From the NCBI GenBank assembly GCA_964016885.1, contig OZ024742.1, forward strand, positions 140,058,001 through 140,122,000: DNA of 64,000 bases. The letters run 5' to 3'. Both the position numbers and the translations under genes were made by a program. The notes under the pieces are model-generated. The model was given only the letters and a program-made list of their open reading frames with translations, was not told the DNA's origin and made no database searches. Positions 45,511 to 59,680 of the stretch are shown piece by piece; the first letter of the stretch is position 1; each line of letters opens with the position of its first letter. The DNA is from Eledone cirrhosa. Taxonomy: Eukaryota.

Positions 45511-48500
45511 CTAGCAGAAGAACCGCCTTCGCGCGGTTTTCTGCTAGTATATATAGTGTGCATATTGATATACGCAAATATATATGCACATAGATATAAT
45601 ATGTAAATTGACAATATGCACATAAACTGAACAAAGACTGTGTTACAGTTACTTCTGTTATCAGTAAAGTAATCTATGATACATTTTAAAAAAAGGCGAT
45701 AATGGAGATGGAAAAGCGATGAAACTGTTAACGGAAAATGTTCATGAATCTTCACTTGAGAATGTCGATGGGAAGCTCAAGCAATGAATTTGAAAATAGA
45801 TGCTGTTGGTATGAATGAATGAATTACATTTACCAATATGAAGAGTTGACCTTTGCTATATTGTTGTTTTACTGTATTCACATATAGACTTCTTTTTTTG
45901 TGTGTCCCTTTTCTAGTTTTTGTAGTGTCCCTTTTCTAGCAGTTAAAAAGAAACTGAAATGCATTTGAACTAAAAGCAAGTGATAGCTGTTTCACATCAC
46001 TGTAGAATTTCTTTGTAAACACAGTTGTCAGCAAACAGACTCCTTTCATTTAATATTTTTATATGAAGGCGCATGGCTTAGTGGTTAGAGCATTGGGCTT
46101 GCAATCGAAAAGTTGTGAGTTCAATACTCGGACTAGGTGATGTGTTGTTTCCTTGAGCAAGACACTTTATTTCACATTGCTCCAGTTTACTGAACTGTAA
46201 AAATGAGATGATAGGACTGGGGTCCCTATCATTCCACTGCAAAGCGGTTGTGGAGGTGCCACATCAAGTCAGAATCAGTTTCCGTATGAGCAAGACAAGG
46301 TCAGCCGACCGGACACTCCCCACAACAGGACAACCCGTCTAACTCATGCTAGCGTGGAAGAACAGACATAAAACGATGATGATGATATTTTCTTTTTTTG
46401 TAACTCATGATAATGCAACATACATCTGATCATGTGAGAAGAATTGTGTTGGTAGATATACACCTATCTTTTCAAATGTCTGCCCTTGTGCCTTGTTGCA
46501 TGTAAGGCAAAGGATGTTTTGACAGGAAATTGCTTGCTAGTAAAGGTGAAATGGAACTCAAGCTCTTGAGATACATGTGGTATCCTTGGGATTAGCAACC
46601 TTGTTCCAGCATTGGGACCCAATGCCACTTAACCTTCAATTACATGATTAGGTAAACAGACGATGATGTAGCGTGTACCATTGCAATGCCCGTTTAGAGG
46701 ATCCAGATTTCCCAGAGGCATGATGCAGCTGCCTTTCTTCAGTTTAAGTATGTATGTTGGGAAGCCCGATGGGGTAGGTTTGTTGATGAACTCAATTGGA
46801 TATTGCAGTTCATTATCTACTGTATCAGAGCTTCTGTAGATTATTTCATGACCAGGGAACTTGTTGAACATGAACTCATTCACCAATCTTGCTGCATCAT
46901 TTGTTGGAGTGATAATGGCTCTATTTGCAATCCATAGTGGATTTGTGTAGTTTTCTGGAAGATCTGTATAGACAAAATCACACAGTCCAGACACTACCAT
47001 ATTCCAGACAAATTTCATTTGGCAGAAGAATTATGAATGCACCTACAGTTGGAATGTTACCATTTCCCACATCAAGAAGGTAGTTTGCAAACTGTCTTTC
47101 ATCAGAATCCTCTGCATTAATTAACCGTTGATTGGTTGCCATCTCCATGGTTTCAACATAGTCCCAAAGATAGGATCTCTTTATGGTTGCTTCAACTATT
47201 TGTGGTCTAGCACCATGACGTACAACTGGAAGAATTTGCTTCCAATCACCAGATAGTAATACTGTTAGACCACCAAATGGCTTTTTGCAATCTCAAACAT
47301 CTTTGAAGCTCCTGTCAAGGCATTCAAAGATATGCTTATGTCCCATACCTATCTCATCAATGATTAGCAGGTCAGCTTACTGCATAAGTTTACCTGTGTC
47401 ATCCCTCTTTGTGAAGAAGCAAATTGATTCAGCAGTCACATTGAGAGGAATCTTGCACTTGGAATGAAGAGTTCTACCTTTGTGAGGCAAAGTGGTTGCT
47501 ATTTCAGATATGGCAGTAGCAAGTGCAATTTTTTTTTATATCGGAGGTAATCCAATAGGATGTTTATGACATAGGTATTTCCTGTGCCTGCACTTGCATT
47601 CAGCAGAAAATTTTGCCTTCATTTTCATTTACAGAGATGATTACGTTGTGAAAAATAACCAGTTGCTCAGGATTCAATGTTGGCTGAAGTTCATTTATGT
47701 TTGCTTGCAGTTGGTGTGTATTGAAATCAGTTTCTGCCATAAGAACCCTGTTGATTTCTGGTATGGCAACAATAGTTGGGTCTGACATGTTGAAGTCTTT
47801 GTTGGATCTTCTGTAGAACAATCTGCATGGTTTGCTTGGACATGACTTGCTCAAATTCATGCATAATATCCTTTGCAAGACAATTCTTCCATTTCTCCCA
47901 GAACTGCAGAGGGTCATTTGGCATGCAGTACAATAAAATGGTGCAGAAGATCTCCCGCAGCTGAGCACCAAGCATAATGGACGAGGCCTCTTCCATAGCT
48001 TTGTCTTTTTCTCCATCTTCATCTAACAGACCAAGTTTCCTGCATGCTTCTTGGAATGTTGGAAATTCAACTCCTTCAATTGTCCTCAAATCTTTGTATG
48101 AAGTTGACCCAGCCTTGTGATGTAGGATCATTCATAGACAATATAATTCATATTGATGTCTACTGAGAGATACTGTTGCAATGCATCCAAGAGATTCACT
48201 CATAAATTGTTGATCACCATCCAGATGTCCCTTTTTTCTTCTTTGCTACTTTTTGTTTGTCCAAGTGAAATATTTAGGAATATCAATATACAATATGTTT
48301 TGTGCCAGTGGGGGATCTAATATTCAGTTAAAAATATTCCGTCAACTTAGTCATTGGCTGTCCCCTAGAAACAACACTTTCTTCCTGCCCTCGCTCATAT
48401 ACGACCATTTGTTCCCTAGCTAAATGGCAAGGCAACTTTTCAACTGGTGGTTTTCGATGTAATGGAAATTTATAGATTCTCCAGAATGCTTCACTGGCTG

Positions 48501-48787
48501 AGATGTACCGTGCATTGATATAGGTCTCAATCTCATTTTGGGCATGGACACAATTTCATTGATCATCCTTAATAGTGAAAGTGATCTTGTCTGATCCTTT
48601 TGTGATGTACTTATATAAGTACTTAACAACCTTGACACTGGACAACCTCACAATTGATGTGGCACTGATATCTCAATGAGAGGAAAGGGTTGTATGGAAC
48701 AATCCAATGATTATCAACAGTAAATTCTTGACCTTTAAGTTGGATTGTATGGGTGTGACCACATGCTGTCTATCCCTTCTTCTATAC
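45511..48787 (-). mobile_element. Helitron (decayed RepHel), copy 2
   Basis: Colinear and highly similar to 34526-37455, with the same terminal hairpin/CTAG and different flanks. Confidence 0.93.
46065..46385 (+). mobile_element. tRNA-derived SINE inserted into Helitron copy 2
   Basis: Absent at the homologous site of copy 1 (about 35038). It has A and B boxes and a (GAT)n tail. Confidence 0.88.
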
Positions 48788-49656
48788 ACTTTTTGTTACT
48801 CTGGAGTGTAACAAAACTCATCACTTAGCCGTAATAAAGAATATTTAAACTCTACTTTGGTATTGAGTATTAATTATCACGTCCATCAACATCACACGGA
48901 TATACATATATATATATATCTGTTAGACACGCAGTGACTAACAACAGAATGTTTTAAGTCTGCATGTCTGACATATATGCGTAGCTTGTGAATAAAAAAT
49001 TCAAGGGGTTTCCTGGACGTGGGGATCCCTGCCAAACATCTTTTGTAATGTATCGTCTTATTGGCTAATTTCATCGTCTTATTGGCTAATCAACCAATGA
49101 GAGTAATTGTTGTTCAAAAGCATCCGCCACTTTGTTTGCACGTTTATTTATCGTTTTGCTTCCGAATCTTCCTCCTGTATTTCGTCGTTTATCATCAAAA
49201 TATTTTTCTCGTTTTGGTAAGTTATATTGTTAATTTATATATGATTTTTTAAATTTATATTAACTATTTTTTTTTCAGTTCGTTATAACATGCTTATAAT
49301 ATTGGTTGTATCATATTTACTTGTATATTTGTCCATATTATTGTTCGTTTTATGTTAGATTATTTTATTATTATTATGTTAGATTATTTTTTTATTATTA
49401 TGTTAGACTATTTGTATGTAATATTTAATTTTTATTAATTCAACTATAACAATTATTATGTAAAATATATTTATTTAATATTGATTGTTTTTTGTAGTTG
49501 TTTATATTAAAAGTCTGAAAATATTTTTATACATCTTACAATAATATTTATAAGATCATTTATAAAATAACAATTATATAATATAATTACATTACAACGA
49601 TAATTTATTATTAATATATATCATGTTTAACAAGGGTTGCCTTAAAAAAATATTAA

Positions 49657-50104
49657 ACTAGACCTGAAAAATGCGCAAGCTCAAAAGAGCCACAGAATGT
49701 TATAATAAACTTTCAAAAGTGTGGGACTAGAGTTGTTGCTCAAAAATATTGTAATCATTATCTATCGTACACTCTGTGGCATCCTTTTATAAAAAAGAGA
49801 TTCATAACGATTCAAGACGACACGATAATTATTTAAGTGAATTTATAATATAGAATTCGGTTTAAGTGCATTTCGTATTAATCATTACTAAACATCTAAT
49901 ATGAGATATTGAACATTAGCTTAAATAATTATCGTGTCGTCTTGAGTTCGTTATGAGTCTCTTTTTTTTTATAAAAGGATGCCACAGAGTGTACGATAGA
50001 TAATGATTACAATATTTTTGAGCAACGACTCTAGTCCCACACTTTTGAAGGTTTATTATAGCATTCTGTGGCTCTTTTGAGCTTGAGCATTTTTCAGGTC
50101 TAGT
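49657..50104. mobile_element. Foldback MITE with ~180-bp inverted arms (49657-49837 / 49920-50104)
   Basis: The arms are near-perfect reverse complements around an ~80-bp spacer; termini ACTAGACC...GGTCTAGT. Confidence 0.88.
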
Positions 50105-50419
50105 ATATATATTGAATGGAAATAAAATCACAGGCGAAATATTTGCACTTTTGGCTAGGTAAAAGGCTTGAACTGGCATGTGTATGTTTTCAGTGTTTTT
50201 TGTTTTCTTCTGTAAAAACATTTAAGATATCATAATTACAATTTGGTGCCTGCATCTCACCAAATCTGAATTTATGTTTAGCCAATTACAAACATCTGAA
50301 ATAATGACTCAACCTGCGTGTGGTGTGGTAAATAAATATATACATACATACCACGTTCAACACAATGGAACCAAACTCCCACTGTCACTGCTTTTATCTC
50401 CCGCTCTCCTCATCTCTTA

Positions 50420-50835
50420 CTATTATGAGCAAATGGTGAACCCACAGTGAACAGAATAGAGAAGGCATTTCCCCGGAGCTTGGTGAGGGAGATGTGTTAG
50501 TAGAGCCATTCCAGTTTGCGAGGTTCACATCTGCAGGTAACCAAATCTGTGCAATGGTGGTGAGTAGGGAGGTAGTTTTAGGGTCAAGGACACCTGAAGT
50601 CCCCATTGCTACAGGTTCGACCGCAAACCTGTCAAATGGCGACTGATATTTGGAGAGTTTGCCCTCCACAGCTCGAAGTGCAGCAGAGCCTGTTTTAGTT
50701 GCAGACTGCATCAGGTTGCTGCATGTGGCATCCCACATGACGGGTTTACCACTGCGGAATGGGAAGATGGTCATGCCGTCCTCTTGGTCCAGCCTTGCTG
50801 GCTCGAACCGAGTAGGGAAGCCTGCAGCATCCAAG
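50420..50835 (-). mobile_element. CRE-clade restriction-like endonuclease fragment
   Basis: AAGFPTRFEPARL..DGMTIFPFRSGKPVMWDATC..AA..EGKLSKY..EPVAMGTSGVL. Confidence 0.82.
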
Positions 50836-52271
50836 CCATGCTTTTTGACCTTTTTGAACTAAACTATAGTTATGCCTAATGATTTGCAAAAGTATATCAT
50901 TTAGGGTGAAAAGGACAACAATAACAAAATAAACACATTTACTCAAATAATACACCACAACAGATACACTGTCTCTTCCCTCTAAAAATCTTTTGGATCA
51001 CCGAAAACACTGACGTCATTTATTTGTGGATGATCTTGAGCCTACTTATGAGGATGCACGTTTGAATTTGAACTTGATCAATTCATATTTAATATATTTC
51101 TTTGTATATACAAAGTTTTATTCAGGAAACATACAAATGCATTCATAATACAGTGACAAGAACAACAACAAAAAATAAAATAGAGAGACAAACAGAGCAA
51201 AAAAAAATTAATACTTCATTTAAGTCGACTTAGACAGTAACCATATATATATATATCCCTCCCTCTATCACAATACACCTATATAAATAAACTTTGGTCT
51301 CGGAATAACTTGTCTGTAAAGTATAAAGTGACGGTAAGCACATATATATATATATATTTTTGCATAATTACATTTTTGTATTCTCTCCTCGACCCTGTGT
51401 CTTCATAACTTTTCTTAGCAATATATATTTTTTAACAAAATTTTGTAGATATACATTTTCGAAAGTGTAATTACGATTATATTGATGAAATTGTTATTAT
51501 CTTTTAATTTTTGCAATTCACATTTGTAGAAATGATATTACGTCCCCCGTATTAATTGATATTATTCATTATCCACATGAAATAATTAGAAAGCATGCTC
51601 AACAAAATTCCAAGTTTACGTTTAGTCAACTACATCTTTTTTCCTCATTTTCTAAATATAAATTGTGTTATTTGTATCCATTCTGTATATAAAAAAGAAG
51701 ACATCTAAACTATAATAAAGTAAGGACTGGGACTGCGAACCGTTTATTTCTTTTAATCCAGTTAGTAAAATAAGTTGGATTACTTTGAATAAATAATGAA
51801 TGAATATTACATAATTTATGCACTAAATTTTGTAACTAAATTTCGTAAACATTAATAATTTAAAATTGACTTCTTTTCAAAGTTTCATTCACATTTCTAC
51901 ACTTCCGGTATATCGTCACCACCACCATCACCACTTCAACTACCATATATATAGAAAGAGAGAGTGTGTGATGAGAGAGGTTATGATTTTCTACACACTG
52001 ACGCGTATGAGTGTGCCCATACATCTATATGTATGAGTATATAATTATTATTAGTATATAACTATAATCACGCAAACACAAACTTATAAAAATACACACG
52101 TTCAGATAAATACACATACTTTCACCCAAACATACATTCATACATATACATTTACACAAACACATACATACAGTCATGATAGCAGCGTTCGGTGAATTGG
52201 AAATTTATTTATTAACTCTTTTTTTTTAAAACTCATTTAATATGATGGTTACAGAACGAAAACACTAACAA

Positions 52272-52655
52272 ATATAATTGTTTATACTTTTGGCACAAGG
52301 TCAGCAATTATCAAAGTGTATTATTGGTACTTTATTTTATAGACAGCGTAAGGATGAAAGGCAAAGTTAACCTCGGTAGGATTTGAACACAGATTGTAAA
52401 GAGCCGTAACTCTATGCTGCAAAGCATGGCATCCGACCCTCTACCGATACTGCCAATCCACCACTCTTTTAATAATTGTTTCTACTTTTGGCACAAGGCC
52501 AGCAATTATCCCAGTGCATTACTGGTACTTTATTTTATTGACCCCGTAAGGATGAAAGGCAAAATTAACCTCGACGGGATTTGAACTCAGACTGTAAAGG
52601 GACGTAACTATGTTGGAAAGCATGGCGTCCGACCGTCTACCGATACTGCCAATTC
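52272..52655 (-). mobile_element. Two tandem MetaSINE-like SINEs
   Basis: Two adjacent copies matching 44392-44577. Confidence 0.8.
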
Positions 52656-52679
52656 AATATAATATATACAAAGGAAAGA

Positions 52680-53170
52680 GAGAGGAAAAAAAGAAAGAAA
52701 AAAAATACACAAGCACGTAATACACACATCTTAGACCACATAGAACAAAATGCAGGCGAAAGAGTGGAAAAACGAGCCGCTACCAGAGCAAAAGATAGCA
52801 ATATAGCAAGGAGCACTGGGAAACCTCCCTAATAATTTTTGAGGCAGGCAAACACGCACGCAGCGTTACCTGTGATGATGGCGACGCTGAGGTGCTAGAA
52901 GAAGCAAGTGACCTCACAAGCATCACCAGTTACTTTTGTTTGGCGAGCCGCCAGTGAAGATAAGAATCTCGCTGTCAGTAACCCGACTCCCCCAAACGTT
53001 CGAACGCCACATGCTGGATAATGTAGTTAGCTGACAGAACATGGTATTTTAGGATTTTGTTCTGTTCAGCTGCGGATGCTGTAGCTCTTGCTCTTACCTC
53101 TGCATCCGTAATGTGGGAAGAAGCAAAAGAGTCACTAACTGTAACGTCCCAGGTAAGGCACCTGCCAAAG
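52680..53170 (-). mobile_element. CRE-clade endonuclease/3' fragment
   Basis: GRCLTWDVTVSDSFASSHI..ASAAEQNKILKY..YIIQHVAFE.LG. Confidence 0.8.
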
Positions 53171-53353
53171 CTCATAAGTGATAATAGGATAGTGTGTGTA
53201 TGTGCGCGCGCGTGTGTTGTCGGCGTTCTTAAATTCGAGACGTGTGTGTGTCACCTTTTTTAAGTTAGACATATATGTGTGTATCCCTTTCCTTCCATTT
53301 ACACACACATACATATTGCGTGATGGACAGAAGTCCTTCAAATTTATATACAT

Positions 53354-53975
53354 GTGAATGGAGTTCTACTGAGGCAGTTAGAGAAGTTCAAGTATCTTGG
53401 AGTTGTGTTTATGAGTGATGGAATGCAGGAGGCTGAATTAAGTGCAAGAATTGCAAAAGCTGATGCAGTAATGCGCCAGCCTCAGCAATCAGATGAAGGG
53501 TGTGTGTGTGTAAAAGACAAACTCGCTGTCTTCCTGGTATTCCTGCCAACTCTTACCGAGGATCATGAATCTTGAGTAATGACCAAAAGAATATGATTGC
53601 AAATAAAAGTTGCAGAAATGGGATTCTTCCGAAGGGTCTTTGGAGTAATGTTACTCGATAAAGTGCATAACTTGAGACCAGAGAGTCACTCCTGGTAGAG
53701 CCGCTACTTCTCCGAATTGAGAGATCACAACTCCGATATTATGAGCATGTGGCTAGAATGTCTCAATAAAGAATCGCTGGTAACATTTTACAGGCAAAAA
53801 CAACCGGCAAGAGACCGGGAGCAAGATAGTTGGATAACATCCATGAGCTTGGCTGGTCACGCCTTGAGATCCAGCTGGATCAGTTACAGATGTTTGCTAC
53901 TGACTAACTCTCTGGAAGGAGTGTTTGAGAAGGATTCTGCTCCCATGACCCTCTCAGAAATAAGTGGGTGAAGAA
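53354..53975 (+). mobile_element. RTE-clade LINE 3' fragment
   Basis: LRQLEKFKYLGVVF..DG..EAELSARIAKA, followed by a decayed ..AEMGFFRR.. region. Confidence 0.8.
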
Positions 53976-56900
53976 GATATTGTCAATTTATATATATCTA
54001 TATGCGTATAATACCAATATGCACATCACATATGCTAGCAAAAAAACCCAAAACAAACACCGCGCGAGGGCGGTTTTTCTGCTAGTTGTATTTAATGATT
54101 TACTTTAATGGCACTTGATACTTGTTCTGTAATTAGCTCAAGTCTGAGCAGACGTACGATGAAAACATTAATGAACGGAAGTATATAATAATGAAAATAT
54201 AATATTTCTTTTTACATTTCGAAGTAATTGTAATAAACTACAATTTTGAGAAAAAAGGTCAACAATCTTAATCAACAAAACGTATGTACTTTAACAAAAT
54301 TTCATTAAAAATATATATGCATTATGAAGAAAGTTATAAGGAAACAAAGTGGAAAGATGTGTACCTCTAAACTTATGCCTAACAATTTGTCAAAATAAAT
54401 ATAATTTGAGAGAAAAAAAATTAAATACACTATAACAGCGAAACGCTACTATATTCCTTCTAAAAGACAGCAACCCCGTGAGGTGGAATGGCTGTTGCAG
54501 CGGTTGTCATTGGCCAGTCTCAGTGGCAGTACCTTTGTCATTTTGTCTGCGGGGTGCAGCTGAAATATCGCTCAGACTGGGATTTAAAGTCTGTCGCTCC
54601 CTCCTCTCCCTTTCTTTTGTTGCTTAATTCCTTTTTTCTTACTCTTTCTCTTCCTTTCCTTTCTGTATTGTATTTCTTTATTGCCATATATATTGTACAC
54701 TTTTTATTGCTGGATTCTACCAGTCAGCGTTTAATCTCAGATGACTGGGCTTCATTTGTGAGATTAGGAGAATGTATTTAAACGTGTTGTGCCTGGTGTT
54801 TCCCTAGAACGATAGACACCAACCAAACATTTCCACTTTACTTTCACTTTTGTTTACAGTGTTAACTGCATCCGTAGCCGAATGGAATACGATTGTAAAA
54901 TACTAGTAATTATCGGCAAACTATTTTTCCAGTCCGTGATGTTTTGGCGGAGCTGCGGCGCTGATGACGAAGTTCTTGTCATTGTCGACGGCTCGCCTTA
55001 TAGAGGTATTAGGTGATGGCCACGAGGGTGCTTCGTTATTCCAGTACCCTAGCCTCCCTATCGTTCGCAGCAAGGCTACGAATGTGTTGGCTTGCCTAAA
55101 ACAATGTGTGATTGAGTATGAGGGTCTTCTTCCCCTCTCACACAGTTTTCTTTATTTGACAATCGTCGTTTTCTTTCACCTTCTTTATCTTTGGATAGCG
55201 TTTTTTTCTTCTTTTTACTGGTTTGAAATATGTTAACCTTCTATAGTTAATAAACAAACAAGCCGTTACCTTATTTTATTTTCTCTCTCTACCTTGTCGG
55301 CAATCATAAAGCAAAGTTCACATTTAGCTGTTTCTTTAAAGTAGTCAATATCGACCCCCCCCCCCCCCCCCCCATCCCCACTTTGGGTTGATGGGGCTAC
55401 CCTGGAGATTGATTGAACGTTTAGGCCAAAACCTGATATCTTTCTCTATTATGTATTCTGTTTACTGATTTATTTATTTACTTTTTGTTGTACATGCCCT
55501 GGGGCAAAGCTAGTACCCAGGTATTTAGTACTCTAGTTTAATCCTACGATGTGTGCTCCATTCTCCCAAATAAGATAATTTCAACCTACATTTTAGCAAG
55601 CTGACAAACCTAGGTTTTATCACTTCTTGCTCTGATCACCAAGAAAATTACTAAGCCTACATTTTGTGGGTCAGAACACCATATGTCCCTTTCCATGTTT
55701 TGGATATTTTCACAACACTTTATATGGCAAAGAGATTTCGTGATTTATTTTCTAATTTCAGGAAATTATTATATTTTAAATTATACAAATCATGTGCCTC
55801 TCTAAGGTCTATGCCCTAGGTGGCTGCCTAGTTAGCCTAACATTAGCGCTGTCCCTGTCAGGAGTGGGGTTATGAGGGGAGTCAAGGATTCCATGAAATG
55901 TTTGGGGATCTCTTCTTTACAGTTGTTACTACACATATTTTCTCTTAATATGAGACATACCTGAAATTTTCTGTACAGCAGAAATTCTCCTTTGTTTGAA
56001 AATACTGTCAATGTCTTTGAAACCTTTTATTATTTCAAGTAGACAAAATCTGATTTATTTAACCCTTTTAATTCCAAACTACCTGAAACTGCCTTTGATT
56101 TTATGACACAAAATTGTTCATTTAAAAATCTTCCATCATGAAATTTATGTAAGAACTTTTCTTATGTTCCAAACACCATCTTCATAATAAGAAAGTTGGT
56201 TTTGTTAAATTTCTCCAAATTCTTAATTATTTTCAAAATTTGGAAATCATAGGTACTATACTTCATTAGAAGTATAGTAACAAAGACATGCTTCTGGGGA
56301 AGCTAAAAGAAAAGTTCTTGATTCATTTGATTCTTCATCAAGACAGTTTTCTTCTATTAAATTGAATTTTTTTTTTTTTAAGTTTCACATTTCTATCTTT
56401 ATTTTTTTGAGATGTGATTCTAACAAGACTAGTTCTGTTAATGTGTTAACACAATTTATATAATGAAAATGATTTACAAAAGAAACAAATCAATAAAAAT
56501 TAATGAGAGTAAAAAAGAACACTTAGTTACACATTACAACAGGAAATGCTGCTGGTTTCTCTCTAAAAAATGTTTGAAGCAAGCCAAGACATTCACTGCA
56601 CTACTGCAGGTGATAGTAAAGGCTAAGGTACTGGAATAGCCAAGAACCCTCACCAGTAAGGCAAGCTAGCAACAATGACAAAACTTTGTTGTCAGTGACC
56701 CAGCTTCCCAGAATGTTTCGAATGCCTAAGTTGGAAAATAAACTTCATTACAACTCACTTAAGAGTCAGTGATAATTCTATTCTATGACTAAAAATGTAT
56801 TCAGTTAAGTTTATGGACTGTTTTTAATGATTTTTGTTTTTGACATAGTAGCACATTTATAGATTTCTCAACTATTTTGTCATATAATCAGATTAATAAG

Positions 56901-57644
56901 TGTCATTAAATTACAAATTATTCTTTCTCTCAGGCATTTAGACTGTATCATCTTTGCAGTTACTTTATTTATCTAAAAACCTTTCATCATAATTTTATCT
57001 AAGAACCTTAAGCTATACTCCCAAACGCTTGCTAAGTAATGAGAAAAGTTATATCACTAAATGCCTAAAAAATCTTGATTATTTTCAAAATTTAAGAATT
57101 GTATTTTGTATTAGAAATATGGTAACAAAAGAGTTAAATCATGATATTGCTGGAGAAGTAGAGACCTTGTTAATGCAGTTTAACATAAAACCGCTTAAGA
57201 TGGCATTAACTCTGGACTTGATCATGGAATGTTTAGAACATAACATGTCTTACATAAAATTCTGGACTTGATCATGGAATGTTTAGAACATAACATGTCT
57301 TACATAAAATTATGATGGGAAGTGTTAATATAATTATGAACACTTTAAAATGGGGACAGTTTCAAGTAGGTTTTTATCAAAAAGTAAAAGAACCCCTCCC
57401 CCCCCCGATATTTTCTAAATAAACGTTTCATGTTTCTATGGGTCTTTTATTCACAAAACTCTTGTATTTTATTTCTTTTACCAAAAAGTGGATAAACAAA
57501 TTCTTTTTCTCAACTCATTTAATAGCAAACCACCTGAAATCACTCCTTATTTAAAAAAAAACTCTTTATTTTAAAGTGTGTATATTTATCTAAAAGCCTT
57601 CCACCATAACTTTATGTATGAACCTTTGTTAAGTTATGCTTCAA

Positions 57645-58048
57645 ATACTGAATTAATAATTGTTTCTACTTTTGGCACAAGGCCAGCAATTACCCAGTGC
57701 ATTACTTGTACTTTATTTTATCGACCCTGTAAGGATGAAAGGCAAAGTTAACCTCGGCTGGATTTGAACTCAGAATGGAAAGGGGCGTAACTCTATGTGT
57801 CAAAGCATGGCGGCCGACCCTCTACTGATACTGCCAATCCACCGCCCTGAAATACTGAATTAATAATTGTTTCTACATTTGGCACAAGGCCAGCAATTAC
57901 CCAGTACATTACTGGTACTTTATTTTATCGACCCTGTAAGGATGAAAGGCAAAGTTGACCTCGGCGGGATTTGAACTCAGAATGGAAAGGGGCGTAACTC
58001 TATGCGTCAAAGCATGACGGCCGACCCTCTACCGATACTGCCAATCCA
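57645..58048 (-). mobile_element. Two tandem MetaSINE-like SINEs inserted in a piggyBac-type MITE
   Basis: Both copies share the flank AAATACTGAATTAATAATTGTTTCTAC; the surrounding sequence is homologous to 22700-22947. Confidence 0.78.
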
Positions 58049-59387
58049 TGAAAGTTATATTACTAAATCACTCCAAATTCTTTGAAAAAAGAAATCACAG
58101 GCAGTGAAAATATGGTAATGAAAGAGTTTAATCATTAAAAAAATATGGCATTTTCTAAAGAAATGTTTAATAGTTCTGATTCGCTAAACTAGTATTTTCT
58201 TTCTTTTACTAAACATCAGTTCTAGAACATAATAAAGTAAAGGAAAAAGCAAAAGTAATAGCTTTGATAAGAATGAAGTCATATTTTCTAATGGTTTATC
58301 TAGGCAAGGTCCAGTTTTCGATATTGCAAATACTATTTTAAGAACTACAAACTTCCAGCTTTATATTTTATGCTAAGAACCTTCTATTGATTATAACACT
58401 GCAGAAAACCCGAGATTCTACCAAATCAGCATCAATGTTTGCACATTTAGAAAACACTTCAATTTTTAGAATCCACATGATCTTTTACAGGCTTTATTGC
58501 AACAAAAATAATAACATATATTTCCTTCTTGTGGCTTTATTTCAAAACAATCTTTATGTTCAATATTTTAGCTTTGTATTTTACTGTAATATTTATTCAT
58601 GCAGTTATTGATGTTGTTGAATGACCTATAGCTTTCAGATATGTTTGTGATAATACATTTGTGTTTACTGGGGAAAATAATTGAATCCAGAAAATGTTAT
58701 ATTTGAATCTTAATCTATTTTGAATACATTAACTCTTTATTACCATATTTTTTATAAAAGATGTTGCTTATGATTTTCAAATAATTTGGAAAATAATCAA
58801 GAATTTGGCAATATAACTAACTTATTTCTCATGTTAACCCTTTCATTGGCATATATCTAACGAAAGACACTGCCTATGATTAAATAATAAAGAAGTTTGA
58901 AAGATGTAGTATTATAACTATTTTTCTCATTTATCTAGTGTTTGGAACATAATTTAACAAAGGTTCTTACATAAAATTATGATGGAAAGTCTTTAGATAA
59001 ATATAAACAGATTTATATCATAGAACCAAGGATGGTTTGGTATTATAAACACATTAAAAGCAAATTTCATTTCCTTTATTTGTCAAAATGTACACCACAG
59101 TAACCATTAAACATAATTATTTAAACTGAAATAATCATATTTGATTTCTTTCACACAAATCTATAATAAATATAATTAAATAAATCTATTTTGACTTTCT
59201 TATTAGCTGATTAACCTTCTTGATGCCAAACAATTTAAGACTGCCCAAGGTTCTATGATACAAAACTGTCTGTTTTAAAATATTTAAATTAAAACATTCC
59301 CTCATAATGTTATATAAGAACCTTTAAATTATATTCCAAATATCTGATAAATAATGAAAAAATTTAGTTATTTTACTAAATCCCTGT

Positions 59388-59680
59388 GAAGGTGTGTGGC
59401 CTACTAGTTAGGATGTTAGGCTCATGATCATAAGGTCGTAGGTTTGATTCCCAGAGGGAGTGACATGTGACCCTGAGCAAGGCACTTAATTTTCTCCTGT
59501 TGTCCAGTTCACTAAACTGAAAATGGGTACCAGTGGCAGCTTGGGATTAGCCTTACGACAGATACATCCAGTCATGGGGAATCATATAATCTCAGTCATT
59601 TGACCTCTCGTCGGATAAGCTCCAGGCTTTAACACATGCCAGTTTGGAAAAGCTACATATAGAAACGATGATAGTGATGA
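59388..59680 (+). mobile_element. Diverged tRNA-derived SINE
   Basis: GAAGGTGTGTGGCCTACTAGTTAGG..GGTTTGATTCC..CCTGAGCAAGGCACTTAA, and an AAACGATGAT tail. Confidence 0.65.

Larger units (their letters stand above)
51704..54085 (+). mobile_element. Composite non-autonomous Helitron carrying two SINEs, a CRE fragment and an RTE fragment
   Basis: A|TCTAAACTATAATAAA at 51704 and the family hairpin plus CTAG|T at 54082-54085. Linkage of the two ends is inferred. Confidence 0.6.

Noticed and set aside
46065-46140. tRNA-like sequences with A and B boxes (also about 29440-29508 and 32505-32575)
   Set aside because: These are SINE heads attached to SINE bodies and tails; no full cloverleaf is present.
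57210-57310. ~50-bp exact tandem duplication
   Set aside because: An ordinary local duplication within a decayed MITE, with no further structure.
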